This document shows, in pieces, positions 25,597 through 25,920 of a DNA stretch of 25,920 nt. This DNA comes from a virus (lineage: Duplodnaviria > Caudoviricetes): the IMG/VR virus record IMGVR_UViG_3300008107_000370, positions 1 to 25,920 of that record; one strand, given 5' to 3'. The notes below the pieces were generated by a model. It had not been told where the DNA came from. It searched no databases and saw only the letters and a list, made by a program, of their open reading frames with translations. The translations under genes and the position numbers were made by a program. Every line of letters starts with the position of its first letter. The stretch's first letter is position 1.

Positions 25597-25920
25597 ATGG
25601 ACAATTATCATAGTCTAATAGAAAAAATTTTAAAAGAAGGTTCAAAAAGAGAGGATCGAACTGGAGTTGGTACACTTAGTTTATTTGGTGAGCAACTTAA
25701 ATTTGACCTTTCAAAAGGATTCCCAGCAATTACAACCAAAAAACTTGCATGGAAAAGTGTAGCAAGTGAGTTACTTTGGTTTATACAAGGTAGTGGGGAT
25801 GAAAGAAAATTAAAAGAATTACTTTATAATGATCCAAATAGTGATAAGAAGACTATTTGGACTCAAAATTTAGAAGCAGACTACTGGGTCAAACGTAGAC
25901 ATAAAAAACATGCACAAGAC
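25597..25920 (+). CDS. thyA: Thymidylate synthase ThyA, 5' part (runs off the window)
   Basis: Translated by hand: MDNYHSLIEKILKEGSKREDRTGVGTLSLFGEQLKFDLSKGFPAITTKKLAWKSVASELLWFIQG. Confidence 0.93.
   Translation, partial: MDNYHSLIEKILKEGSKREDRTGVGTLSLFGEQLKFDLSKGFPAITTKKLAWKSVASELLWFIQGSGDERKLKELLYNDPNSDKKTIWTQNLEADYWVKRRHKKHAQD

Noticed and set aside
1-25920. tRNA genes and stop-codon reassignment
   Set aside because: Intergenic gaps are too short and show no cloverleaf; recognisable enzymes translate at full length in the standard code.

Overview
AT-rich, gene-dense window with all credible genes on the + strand, from a large T4-like or jumbo tailed phage. Bases 1-5190 are a probable late/virion-internal region: proteins starting MKIxxLL(x)E, a Dps, a GH19 peptidoglycan hydrolase, a 5'(3')-deoxyribonucleotidase and a small gene broken by an exact 43-bp duplication. 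Bases 5237-9440 are a replication core with a family B DNA polymerase and a probable sliding clamp. Bases 9828-18264 are a 7-deazaguanine cluster: a TGT/DpdA-like transglycosylase, an unknown 178-aa protein, a QueD paralogue with the DpdL-type LxxxHRHxF motif, a GT4 glycosyltransferase, FolE, a cupin, a purine PRTase, a HIT hydrolase and QueE. No QueC, QueF or canonical QueD is seen in the window. The rest holds a T4 RNase H-like 5'-3' nuclease, a MoxR-type AAA+ ATPase with an HExxH-VWA partner, a divergent DHFR and the start of thyA. The best candidate for a new system is a replication-coupled, possibly glycosylated deazaguanine DNA modification: the transglycosylase carries TFNNLFEME, nearly the same as the polymerase C-terminal TFNKLFDFE, a putative clamp-binding peptide. 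All functional calls come from motif recognition by eye; no database searches were run.
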